Below, one piece after another: positions 1-8,561 of a DNA stretch of 52,251 nucleotides. The DNA is taken from positions 1-52,251 of the forward strand of contig JAJZCK010000001.1 of NCBI GenBank assembly GCA_021846125.1, given 5' to 3'. The notes beneath the pieces were generated by a model. It saw nothing but the letters and a program-made list of their open reading frames with translations, made no database searches and was not told where the DNA came from. Numbering within the stretch: the first letter of the stretch is position 1; every line of letters starts with the position of its first letter. Origin of the DNA: Actinomycetes bacterium. Lineage in GTDB: Bacteria; Actinomycetota; Acidimicrobiia; Acidimicrobiales; Bog-793. The position numbers and the translations under genes were made by a program.

Positions 1-19
1 ATCTCTCCAGCAGCGGCTT

Positions 20-48
20 GGTCGGCTCGCAGCGACTCCGAGCCGACC
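20..48 (+). terminator. GC-rich hairpin, possibly the terminator of a gene upstream of the window
   Basis: Perfect inverted repeat GGTCGGCTCG / CGAGCCGACC with a 9-nt loop, followed by ACTTTCG. There is no gene context because it lies at the window edge. Confidence 0.3.
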
Positions 49-335
49 ACTTTCGCCGGAGACCTCGTTGATCAGTGCGCTGCATACGCATGCCCTATGA
101 ACGCATACGCAGGATCGCCACGACGAGCGACCTCCAACACCCCGCTACCTCGAACCCGCAGCTCACCGGCCGCATCTCGACGCGCACACCCTGCACCAGC
201 ATGCGTATGCAGCCTTGAGCAAGCCCCGAGAAAAACACCCGAGAAACTCGGATCTCCGACGCGAGCCGGAACGTAAAACCGCTGGTCAGGCGCCTGCACC
301 TCTGCACGAAGTGCGCGCATCGCCAGCGGTCGTAG

Positions 336-409
<74 letters not shown>

Positions 410-471
410 GCGAAGAGTGATCATGTTAGCACCGACGAGCCGGTCCGCGGGCGCCTCGCGGGCACGATCCG

Positions 472-3400
472 TCATGCATCGCCCGCCTTGTACTGGGCCG
501 ACCGCGTGCGTGACGGCACCTTAGCGGACGGCCGCGGACCGCTGGCTGTAGCGACAGAGCGCCGCACGGATGCATCTGAGTTCGGTACCGAAGCGATACG
601 CAGCGACGTCGTCGCCGGCGCAGATCGTTGGACGGCACGAGGCTTCTTCGCGCCCGCAGTAGTTGCCGTCAACAGGCGCTGCGCAGCGACGAGATCCCTC
701 CCCGCCTCCTCGATCTGGTGCTGGTAGGCCCCCAAGTTGCCGCGGACCAGGTCCTTCTGCCCAGCCGAGTATGCCGCCGAGGCCTCCGCGACGAGACGTC
801 TCACCTTGCCTGGGATCGCCGAGGCGCTCGATGCCGGCTGTGCGGCACCCGGTGACGGGTTCGAGCCGCTCGGCGACGTCGCACCGGCAGCAGCCCCAAA
901 CACCTGTGCGAGAGCCTCGTCGAGCGTCGGCGCCATCGCCACCTGCTGGCCGTACAGGATCACGACGTCCCTGAGCTCGGGCAGCTGCGTCTGCGCCGAT
1001 GACACGTAGAGGGGGCGCACGTAGAGTAGCGAGCCGGCGATGGGGAGGATCTGTACCGCGCCAAGCGATACGACGGACCCGACCTGGCCGAGCAGCGTCA
1101 GCTGCTTCGACACTGTGGCGCTCGACGTGATCTCGCTGTTCGCGAGACCCGGCCCGGCGATCGATACGTCGGCTGGAGTGACAAACGATTCGAGCTTGCC
1201 GTAGCCCTTTGCACTCGAATCTGCGACAAGCAGCGCCTTGAGCGTCGGGACACTGCCCGTCTTGCCATATGGCACGAGGGGCTCGACGGCATTGAACGTC
1301 GGTCCCTGCTCGCCTGGAAGCTGCAGGAGCTCGTACACCGGAGTGAAGCTCGCGACGTTGCCGTCCGGTCCGGACTCGAGCGGCTTCGAGGGTTCGCCAT
1401 CGACCGACGTCGAGGTCTGCGAGATGTCCCACGTCGCGCTCTCGCTGTAGAACAGTGCAGCAGCACTAGGGGCCACGTGATAACGCCCGTACATCGCCGC
1501 CTGGACCATCAGCAGGTCCTGCGGGTAGCGCAGGTGCTGGCGGAGCACGGCGTTCATCTTCGACAGCGGCTGGAAGATCCCCGGGAACGCTCGCTCGTAA
1601 GACTCGATCAAAGGGTCGGACTTCGCGTTGATCGTATAGAAGCGCATCGCCCCCGAATGCGCGTTCATGACAACCTTGACCGCATCTCGTACGTAGTCGT
1701 AGCTGCCCGCAAGACCGCTGCTCGACGGCAGGAAGCCATTCGTCGCAGGCTGCGCGTAGGGATAGTCGATGCTCGACGCGTATGCGTCGAGCATCCAGTA
1801 GAGCTGACCGTGCGCAACCACGGCGTAGGGATGCGCCCCTACCCGGAGGAATGGGAGCGCCTTCTCGACAGCGGCACGCACTCCGGTGATCGGGATGATC
1901 CGAGATCGCGCGGTGAGCAGGTTCGAGACGAGGAGGTTGAAGTCGTGAAAGTGGATCGCGAACGCGGCCCGGCTGAGGAGCGATCCGATCGGCACACCGC
2001 CGCTGCCAGACCCCTGGCTGGACTGGTTGCCTGAGCTTGCCTGGTAGTCCACCTCGGGCTGGCGAGTCTGCACCACGACGTACTGGTCCTGGCCCGGGGC
2101 GTAGAAAACCCCTGGCTCGCGGAGGCGCAGCGCCGACGAGCTCGAGGTCGGCGGAAGGTTCCCTGCCACGAAATCGGGCGTCCCGTCGGGCGTTGCGCTG
2201 TTGGCCGGCGCAGCTACGACGCCGTAGCCGTGGGTGTACACGAGATGAGTGTCCGCCCAGGTCTGGTTGGGTAGGGCCGAGGTCTCGAGCTCGCGCACCG
2301 CCGTGACGACCGGCTCGAGCACCCCGTGGAGCATGTATCTGTCGACGGTCAACGGCGTCAGCGAGTAATAGGAGTGGATGTCCTGGTACTTGCCGAACGT
2401 CGGGGCAACGACGCTCGGGTCCCAGAGCACGGCGTCGTCGAGCGTCTGCTTGTACTGTTTCAGCACAGTCGGCGTCAGGTCCTGGTTCGCCGGGAACGGC
2501 CGCTGCGAGATCGCATTTACGTCCATTGCGTACTTCGTAGCTTCGATGTTCCGCTGGATATAGGGAAGCTCCAGGGTGCTCTGGCTGGGCGTGACGCGAA
2601 ACGTCTGGACGAGCGCTGGATAGACCACGCCCACGGCGAGCGCGATGAACGCCCAAAGCCCTACAGCCACGACCGGGAGCACCCAGTTGCGCTGGTAGAC
2701 ATTGACGACAAGAAGCACGAAGGCGACGAGCGACACGATAGAGAGCAGCGTGATTGCGGGCAAGCGTACGTGCACGTCCGTGTAGCTGGCCCCGTTGACG
2801 ACCCCGTGGTTCGACAGGTCGAGCGCAAACCGGTCGACATAGTAATAGGCCCAGGCCCGGACCAACGCCATCAGGCCGAGCAGCAGGGACAGGTGGGCAA
2901 GCGCCCGCGGTTCAATGCGCGGAGAGCCCTGAAGCCTGATCGCGCCGTTCAGAAAGTGTCCGACAGCGCTCAGGACGACGGTGACGAAGAGCGCGACGAG
3001 CACCCAGTCGACGAGGAACGACAGGAAGGGCAAGCGGAACACGAAGAAGCTCGCGTCGCGTCCGAAGAGCGGATCGGTCCTGCCGAACGGCACGGCGTTC
3101 TCGAAAAGCAGCCAGTGCTGCCACTGCGAAGACGTCCCTATGCCGAGCAGGAGGGAGACGACGAAGGCGAGGAGGTTGCGGATCGCGAAAGCGTGGGGAC
3201 CGACGACGGCCTGGTACCGCCTGACGAGCTCGGTGTCCGGGGCCATGAACATCGCCTGGGGAGCGATCTTGTCCACCAGCCAGAAGCTCGTTGACAGCAG
3301 CGCGAAGCCGAGTACGACGAAGGCCGCTGCGAGCGCCACCTTCGTGCCGACCACCGTACGCCAGACCCTTCCGAGACCCGTCCAGTGGTACCACAGGAAG

Positions 3401-3570
3401 TCGGTGTAGAACCCTGCAAGCCCTTGGAGGACGAGGACCAGGACGAGAACGAGGACGAGAACGAGGAGAATCCAGATGCCTCGCCGCCTCCCGCGCGCTC
3501 GATGCGGGACGTCGTCGGGTACGCGCACGGTCGGACCTACGAGCCCGTCGGCACGAGGAGGCAGCGACAT
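472..3570 (-). CDS. UPF0182 family large membrane protein (COG1615, Rv3193c-like)
   Basis: 1032-aa ORF. The N-terminus has several hydrophobic helices (FYTDFLWYHWTGLGRVW...) followed by a large soluble part, as is typical of actinobacterial UPF0182. The start is uncertain: the ATG at 3570 overlaps the upstream gene by 34 nt, and there is an alternative GTG at 3525. Confidence 0.8.
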   Translation of the reverse strand: MSLPPRADGLVGPTVRVPDDVPHRARGRRRGIWILLVLVLVLVLVLVLQGLAGFYTDFLWYHWTGLGRVWRTVVGTKVALAAAFVVLGFALLSTSFWLVDKIAPQAMFMAPDTELVRRYQAVVGPHAFAIRNLLAFVVSLLLGIGTSSQWQHWLLFENAVPFGRTDPLFGRDASFFVFRLPFLSFLVDWVLVALFVTVVLSAVGHFLNGAIRLQGSPRIEPRALAHLSLLLGLMALVRAWAYYYVDRFALDLSNHGVVNGASYTDVHVRLPAITLLSIVSLVAFVLLVVNVYQRNWVLPVVAVGLWAFIALAVGVVYPALVQTFRVTPSQSTLELPYIQRNIEATKYAMDVNAISQRPFPANQDLTPTVLKQYKQTLDDAVLWDPSVVAPTFGKYQDIHSYYSLTPLTVDRYMLHGVLEPVVTAVRELETSALPNQTWADTHLVYTHGYGVVAAPANSATPDGTPDFVAGNLPPTSSSSALRLREPGVFYAPGQDQYVVVQTRQPEVDYQASSGNQSSQGSGSGGVPIGSLLSRAAFAIHFHDFNLLVSNLLTARSRIIPITGVRAAVEKALPFLRVGAHPYAVVAHGQLYWMLDAYASSIDYPYAQPATNGFLPSSSGLAGSYDYVRDAVKVVMNAHSGAMRFYTINAKSDPLIESYERAFPGIFQPLSKMNAVLRQHLRYPQDLLMVQAAMYGRYHVAPSAAALFYSESATWDISQTSTSVDGEPSKPLESGPDGNVASFTPVYELLQLPGEQGPTFNAVEPLVPYGKTGSVPTLKALLVADSSAKGYGKLESFVTPADVSIAGPGLANSEITSSATVSKQLTLLGQVGSVVSLGAVQILPIAGSLLYVRPLYVSSAQTQLPELRDVVILYGQQVAMAPTLDEALAQVFGAAAGATSPSGSNPSPGAAQPASSASAIPGKVRRLVAEASAAYSAGQKDLVRGNLGAYQHQIEEAGRDLVAAQRLLTATTAGAKKPRAVQRSAPATTSLRIASVPNSDASVRRSVATASGPRPSAKVPSRTRSAQYKAGDA

Positions 3571-5372
3571 CCCGAGTGGACCGGAGGATGGACCTGGCCG
3601 GTCGGGAACGTGTCGCCAGCTCCTAGAGGTCCCGCGAGCGCGTTGTCGTCGCAGTCAGGACAGGCTTCGTCGCCGTCGTCGACGACCCAGCGCACGGGCG
3701 CCCCGCGTTTGAGAGCTGCAAGAGTCCCGAGCGAGAATGCTTTCGCCACGTGGTCACCGACCAGCACCTCCACGCGCTCACCGCGCCACTGGCGATACGC
3801 GGCACCGACGAGCTCCGCGCTCGCGTCGTCGCCATCACCGGTGCGCAGAGCCTCCTCGAGACGAAGGCGCAACGACGTCACTACCTCGTCTGCCAGCTCT
3901 GCGGCAACCGCCGCGGGCTCGGCGCCGGGCTCGATCTCGGACTGTCCGTCACGTAGGACGAACGAGACTCCAGCTCTCCACGCCCCGACGAGGGCCGTCG
4001 TCGTCGCGGCGGCGAGGCGCGCCCCTGCGGCTTCGCCCGGCACGAGCAGCTCGACCTCGAAGCCCGGAGCGCCTCGCCTGTTCCGGAGGGAGTCGAGAAG
4101 CTCGTTCTGCTCGGACCGCAGTTCACGCTTGACGACACGCGCAAGCTCTGCGACCACCGGGGCGAGGAGCCCGTCGCGTCGTGCCAAGGAAGTCGAGGAG
4201 TCGGGTTCCGGGGTCCCGTCGGCATCCGCATCGGCGTCGGCGTCGGCGTCGGCATCGGCATCGGCATCAGCGTCGGCGTCGGCCGGTCCGTCAGCTCCGT
4301 CGACCACCCTCGCGGCGCGAAGCCGAGCGAAGAGGTCGTCGACGACGCTCGCAGCGCCCGGCCCGCTCTGCTGGGGGCTGTCGGTGTACCCAGCCGCACC
4401 CTCGGATGCACGGGCGTCCACGTCCGCACACGCATCCGATGCCGGCACCACCACTGCGTCCTCTTCGTCGTCCCGGTCGTCCGGCAGGACATGGTCGCCA
4501 GGCGCGGGCTCCGGCTCGTCGAGCTCTCCCCGAGACGCGTCCGCACCAGGATCCGCCGCGGCGCTCGCGTCGCGCCCCGAAAAGCCGCCCTCCTGGTCGT
4601 CGGTGCCGCCAACGGAGACGTCCGCCGTCGGCAAGGCGAGATCGCTCGCCTCGGCGACGAGCGATTCGAGCGATTCGACGTCGCGCTCGAACCCTGCGAC
4701 ATAGCCGGCCCTGTCGGCAGCCGAGCGGGCGCTCTCCTCGGAGGCCGCGAGATCGGCACGGATGTCCTCGATCGCCTTGGCCGTCGTCTCGACGACCTGT
4801 GCTAGGGCGTCCTTACCCGCTCGGAGCTGCTCGAGCTGCACGTGAAGGGCACGCCTGCGCTCGGCAAGATCCGCGAGTATGCGACGGCGCGCCTCGCGCG
4901 CCTCCTCGACCATCGAACGGCACTGCGACGTGGTGGACGCGAGGAGTGACGCAGCCTCGGAGGCCGCATGCGTGCCGATGCGCGTTGCCTCCTGCTCGGC
5001 CTCGCGTCGGCGATCCGCCAGCATGGACCCCGCGTCGGCGAGCATCTCGGCGGAACGGGTCTCAGCGCGCGCCACCACCTCGCGCGCTGCGTCGTGGGCG
5101 GCGCGCAACACTTTCGCGGTCTCGGTACCGACCGCTGCAGCAAGGGTCTCCTCGTCGAGCACCGGCGTCGCAGCGCGACGCTCCGCTTCCTCCAGCCGTC
5201 GAACCAGGTCGTCCTCTCGTGCGAGTCGAATCCGTAGAGTGGCCGCCACCTCCTCGACGAAGCGTCGAACGGCCTCGGGGTCGAGACCGCGGCGCGTGGC
5301 CGGGAAGACCCGGCTCGCGACGTCGTCGGGCCCGAGCACGCGGGCGATCACGTCGAGATTCGGGTCAGGCAC
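3537..5372 (-). CDS. DivIVA-domain coiled-coil protein with an acidic low-complexity linker and a C-terminal Cys/His (MuF-like) module
   Basis: N-terminal VLGPDDVASRVFPATRRGLDPEAVRRFVEEVA fits the DivIVA motif (F..x..RGY..xxV..F). It is followed by a long Ala/Arg/Glu coiled-coil and a (DA)n linker. The C-terminus is ACPDCDDNALAGP...FPTGQVHPPVHSGCRCLLVP. I trimmed the start to the GTG at 5372; the track ORF extends to 5447. Confidence 0.6.
   Translation of the reverse strand: MPDPNLDVIARVLGPDDVASRVFPATRRGLDPEAVRRFVEEVAATLRIRLAREDDLVRRLEEAERRAATPVLDEETLAAAVGTETAKVLRAAHDAAREVVARAETRSAEMLADAGSMLADRRREAEQEATRIGTHAASEAASLLASTTSQCRSMVEEAREARRRILADLAERRRALHVQLEQLRAGKDALAQVVETTAKAIEDIRADLAASEESARSAADRAGYVAGFERDVESLESLVAEASDLALPTADVSVGGTDDQEGGFSGRDASAAADPGADASRGELDEPEPAPGDHVLPDDRDDEEDAVVVPASDACADVDARASEGAAGYTDSPQQSGPGAASVVDDLFARLRAARVVDGADGPADADADADADADADADADADADGTPEPDSSTSLARRDGLLAPVVAELARVVKRELRSEQNELLDSLRNRRGAPGFEVELLVPGEAAGARLAAATTTALVGAWRAGVSFVLRDGQSEIEPGAEPAAVAAELADEVVTSLRLRLEEALRTGDGDDASAELVGAAYRQWRGERVEVLVGDHVAKAFSLGTLAALKRGAPVRWVVDDGDEACPDCDDNALAGPLGAGDTFPTGQVHPPVHSGCRCLLVPTGS
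4221..4283. repeat. Hexanucleotide (GGCRTC)n microsatellite, in frame, encoding (DA)n in the DivIVA-domain protein
   Basis: ggcatccgcatcggcgtcggcgtcggcgtcggcatcggcatcggcatcagcgtcggcgtcggcc. The minus-strand translation is ADADADADADADADADADADG. Confidence 0.9.
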
Positions 5373-6627
5373 GATGCGCGAGCCTAGGCCGCGATCGAGC
5401 GTTCGACGGTGGCGACAGGCGTCCGCCGAGCTGCTCGAGGTCCGCAACCGCCTGCGCGACAGACGAGACTGCCATGACGGTCAGGTGCGGCCCGGCATGC
5501 GGAAGGGCCTGGTGCAGCTCGCCGAGCGGGACGAAGAGCACCGACGCTCCGGCGTCGCGGACCGCGATTGTCTTCTGCGCCACACCGCCGACTTCACCGA
5601 CCTGGCCGGTGACCGACATCGTGCCGGTCGCTGCGACCGTCAGACCCGCCATAAGGTCGCTCTTGTCGAGCTTCTCCATCAGTCCGAGAGTGAACGCGAG
5701 CCCGGCCGATGGCCCGATGATGCCGTCGCTCGAGATCGAGACGCGAAACGGCAGCCCCTTCGTCGCGTAGGACTGCTCCGGGTAGACACCGAGACAGGCC
5801 GCTGGCAAGCCGTTCTGCTCGACTGGCTGGAGCGCCGTGTCGGTGCCCACGCCCGCACAGACCTCCGTGACGTTCGAGCCCGTGCCAGCGACTCGCTCCT
5901 CCCCGAGCCTGAGTCGCACGCTCCGGTGACGCGTCGTGAACATCCCGCGCACCTGGAGCGTGACCGACACGCCGGGACGCTCGTCGCCGATCAGCGACGC
6001 GAGACCCGCGATCGTCCGTACCGGGCGGCCGTCGACGGCTGTGACGACGTCCCCGACCGCCAGCCCGTGAGCGGCAGCGGAGCCGGCTTCGGGCTGGTAG
6101 ACGATCACGCCGTCGGGCACCGCCCGCGTCGGGTAGCCGAGCTCGTGGAGCGCCACGACGGTCGCCGCCTGACGGGCCTCGAACATGTCGACCTTGCCCT
6201 CGCGCTCGTACTGCGACGTACTCGCCGTGCCGACGACTGCGGACGCCGGCACTACGCTGTCGCCCGCCTGCAGGCTATAGAACAGGTAGGAGAGCGCATG
6301 GAGGGGCACGAGCTCGACGTCGGTCAGCATCACGCTGCCGAGGTGCGGCTCGGCCAGGTCTCTGGGGACAGTGACGAGCCTGGACACCGCGACGGCCGTT
6401 CCCGGCGTGATCGCGTAGTACTGCACGGGCACGTACGCAGCAATCGCCCCGGCCACGACGAGCAGCCCAACGGTGGCGATCGCTCCGAGCACCGTCCGGC
6501 GCGCCCAGCGGCGCCTCGACCGAGGGCGCCGATCCGCGGACCCTCCCCCGTCGCCCGGCTCTCCGGCAAGGTCTAGAGTCGACTGTGCGTGCTCCTGGCT
6601 CACCGTGCAACGCCTCGTACCTGCCAC
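5365..6627 (-). CDS. PDZ domain plus Lon-like (S16) serine protease, membrane anchored (Rv3194c-like)
   Basis: One N-terminal TM helix (VLGAIATVGLLVVAGAIAAY), a PDZ-like segment (GLAVGDVVTAVDGRPV) and a C-terminal Lon proteolytic domain with GPSAGLAFTLGL (catalytic Ser) and VGGVAQKTIAV (Lys). The exact start is uncertain. Confidence 0.8.
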   Translation of the reverse strand: MAGTRRCTVSQEHAQSTLDLAGEPGDGGGSADRRPRSRRRWARRTVLGAIATVGLLVVAGAIAAYVPVQYYAITPGTAVAVSRLVTVPRDLAEPHLGSVMLTDVELVPLHALSYLFYSLQAGDSVVPASAVVGTASTSQYEREGKVDMFEARQAATVVALHELGYPTRAVPDGVIVYQPEAGSAAAHGLAVGDVVTAVDGRPVRTIAGLASLIGDERPGVSVTLQVRGMFTTRHRSVRLRLGEERVAGTGSNVTEVCAGVGTDTALQPVEQNGLPAACLGVYPEQSYATKGLPFRVSISSDGIIGPSAGLAFTLGLMEKLDKSDLMAGLTVAATGTMSVTGQVGEVGGVAQKTIAVRDAGASVLFVPLGELHQALPHAGPHLTVMAVSSVAQAVADLEQLGGRLSPPSNARSRPRLAHRA

Positions 6628-6790
6628 TCGCGCCCGGGCACGTGTCTTCCTTCAGACCGCCGGATGGCCGCTCTGGGTCCGCGCCACAGTCGAGCACTGC
6701 ACGCGTGCGCTCCCGCTCGTCGGCATCTCACGGGACGTAGCCTGCCATGCCGCCCGAGCAGCCGAGGAGTCGGTCGCAGCATGCGGTTTG

Positions 6791-6840
6791 CCACCGCGCC
6801 ACGAGCCACCGCGCCACGAGCCACCGCGCCACGAGCCACT
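6791..6840. repeat. 15-bp tandem repeat (CCACCGCGCCACGAG x3 plus a partial copy) in a divergent intergenic region
   Basis: Three perfect copies at 6791-6805, 6806-6820 and 6821-6835, then CCACT. It lies between the divergent PDZ/Lon operon and the HEAT-repeat gene. Confidence 0.9.
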
Positions 6841-6863
6841 TCGACGATCGGTAGGTCGTTCCC

Positions 6864-7511
6864 ATGACGCGGCCGGGCGGCTCTGGCTCTGGCTCTGGCT
6901 CCGAAGGCGAGACTGCGGCGGCCAGGCGGCGCGCCGCCATCGCTGCCGCAGGCCGCGCGGGCGACGAGGACTTCGTCCGGGCCGCGCTCGACGACCCCGA
7001 GCCGAAGGTCCGTCTCGCTGCGCTCGCCGCGCTCGCTCGGCTCGAGCGGGCCTCGGTCGCCGACCTCGCTCGCCTGCTCGCAGATATCGATCCGGGTGTC
7101 CGCAGTAGCGCTTGCGAGATCGCAGCGACAGTGCCCGGGTCCTCTGTCGGCCGGTCGCTCGACGACGACTCTCCGGCAGTCGTCGAGGCTGCAGCCTTCG
7201 CAGCCGGCGAGCTGGGCGAGTCGCATGTCGTGCCGCGCCTGTGCGAGATCGCCCGGCGCCACCCGGACGCGCTCTGCCGGGAAGCCGCCGTGGCGTCTCT
7301 TGGTGCAATCGGCGACGAGCGTGGGCGCGATGCCGTGCTTGCGGCGCTCGCCGACGTGCCCGCCGTCCGCCGCCGAGCGGTCGTAGCGCTCGCGGCGTTC
7401 GACGGCGACGAGGTAGACACCGCGCTACGCGCTCGCCTCGGCGATCGCGACTGGCAGGTGCGCCAAGCCGCCGAGGACGTGCTCGGCCTCAGCGACGAAG
7501 AGCCGAGCTGA
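6864..7511 (+). CDS. HEAT-repeat (PBS lyase HEAT-like) protein
   Basis: Repeated ~30-aa units with D/Pxx-VR-xxAaxALg: PEPKVRLAALAALARL, DPGVRSSACEIAA, SPAVVEAAAFAAGELG, ALCREAAVASLGAIGD, PAVRRRAVVALAAF, DWQVRQAAEDVLG. The N-terminus has a (GS)n stretch encoded by GGCTCT x4. Confidence 0.7.
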   Translation: MTRPGGSGSGSGSEGETAAARRRAAIAAAGRAGDEDFVRAALDDPEPKVRLAALAALARLERASVADLARLLADIDPGVRSSACEIAATVPGSSVGRSLDDDSPAVVEAAAFAAGELGESHVVPRLCEIARRHPDALCREAAVASLGAIGDERGRDAVLAALADVPAVRRRAVVALAAFDGDEVDTALRARLGDRDWQVRQAAEDVLGLSDEEPS

Positions 7512-8496
7512 CGCCCGGCCTCACAGCGTCGAGCTGCGCGAGGCAGCGCGACGCCCCGACGACGGCACATCGTCCCGGCTCAGCCACGGTCCGCACGGGA
7601 AGACCCGTGGATCTCGCCAGACGTCTGTCCAGACCGTCGAGCAGCGATCCGGCACCGCACAGGTGGACGCCCGAGCGCAGGAGGTCGTTCGCGAGATCGG
7701 GCGGAGCCGTGGCAATGCAGTCGACCGCCGCGTCGAGGATCGGACGGACGAGCTCCTCGAGCACCGGCATGATCTCCGCCTCCGACAGCACCACCGACGC
7801 TGGTCGCCCCGTCGCGGACTCCCGCCCGAGGACCTCCAGTCGGGGGCGGCCGCCCGCCGGCTCGACGGTCCCGATCCTCCTGCGCACCTCGGACGCGGCC
7901 GACTGGTCGATGACGAGGGCGAAGCGGCGTGCGATCGAGGTGCGGACGGCGTCGTCGAGATCGTCGCCTCCGATCGCCAGCGAGGCCGAGGTGACGATGC
8001 CCCCGAGAGCGAGCACTCCGACGTCGGTGGTGCCGGCGCCGACGTCGACCACCATGATTCCTTCCGGCTCCTCGATGTGAAGTCCGGCCCCGATCGCGCA
8101 CGCCACCGGCTGCTCGACGAACCGAACCTGGCGTGCGCCGGCCTGACGGAGCGCTCTGTCCAGGGCGCGTCGCTGGACGTGGGTTGCACCGACGTGCACG
8201 CATGCGAGGACACGCGGGTGCGATAGCCGGGAGACGCCCGCCGAGCGCACGACCTCGCCCAGCACCTCCTCCGCGAGCGCGATGTCGACAAGCTGGCCAT
8301 GACGCACCGGCCGGACGAGGCGCACCCGCCCGGCGGTCCCGACGCCGACCGCGAGCGCCTTGTCACCGAAGCCGAGCAGCCGCCCGGAATCCACGTCGAC
8401 CGCCGCGACGGTCGGCTGCTCCACCAGCAACGCCCCACGCGAGTCCGCGACGCGTGTCGTAGCGGAGCCGAAGTCGATCGCGAGATCGGAGCTCAC
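7489..8496 (-). CDS. mreB: Rod shape-determining actin homolog MreB
   Basis: 335 aa, collinear with E. coli MreB: DLAIDFGSATTRV (phosphate 1), PRVLACVHVGATHVQRRAL, VEQPVACAIGAGL, MVVDVGAGTTDV (phosphate 2), IGGDDLDDAV, HLCGAGSLLDGLDRRL, EPGRCAVVGA. No mreC, mreD, pbp2 or rodA neighbours are in the window. Its 3' end overlaps the convergent HEAT gene by 23 bp. Confidence 0.85.
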   Translation of the reverse strand: MSSDLAIDFGSATTRVADSRGALLVEQPTVAAVDVDSGRLLGFGDKALAVGVGTAGRVRLVRPVRHGQLVDIALAEEVLGEVVRSAGVSRLSHPRVLACVHVGATHVQRRALDRALRQAGARQVRFVEQPVACAIGAGLHIEEPEGIMVVDVGAGTTDVGVLALGGIVTSASLAIGGDDLDDAVRTSIARRFALVIDQSAASEVRRRIGTVEPAGGRPRLEVLGRESATGRPASVVLSEAEIMPVLEELVRPILDAAVDCIATAPPDLANDLLRSGVHLCGAGSLLDGLDRRLARSTGLPVRTVAEPGRCAVVGASRCLAQLDAVRPGVSSALRR

Positions 8497-8561
8497 TGGT
8501 CGTCGCCACCCACGCAGGCATCGTAGGCGGAGAGCGGCCGCAGCCGACCTCCGCCCGGCCG

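Noticed and set aside
72-320. 82-aa and 70-aa ORFs on the minus strand next to the tRNA.
   Set aside because: No recognisable motifs, no convincing RBS, and two overlapping frames are equally open. They are treated as non-coding and kept only as a low-interest structural observation.
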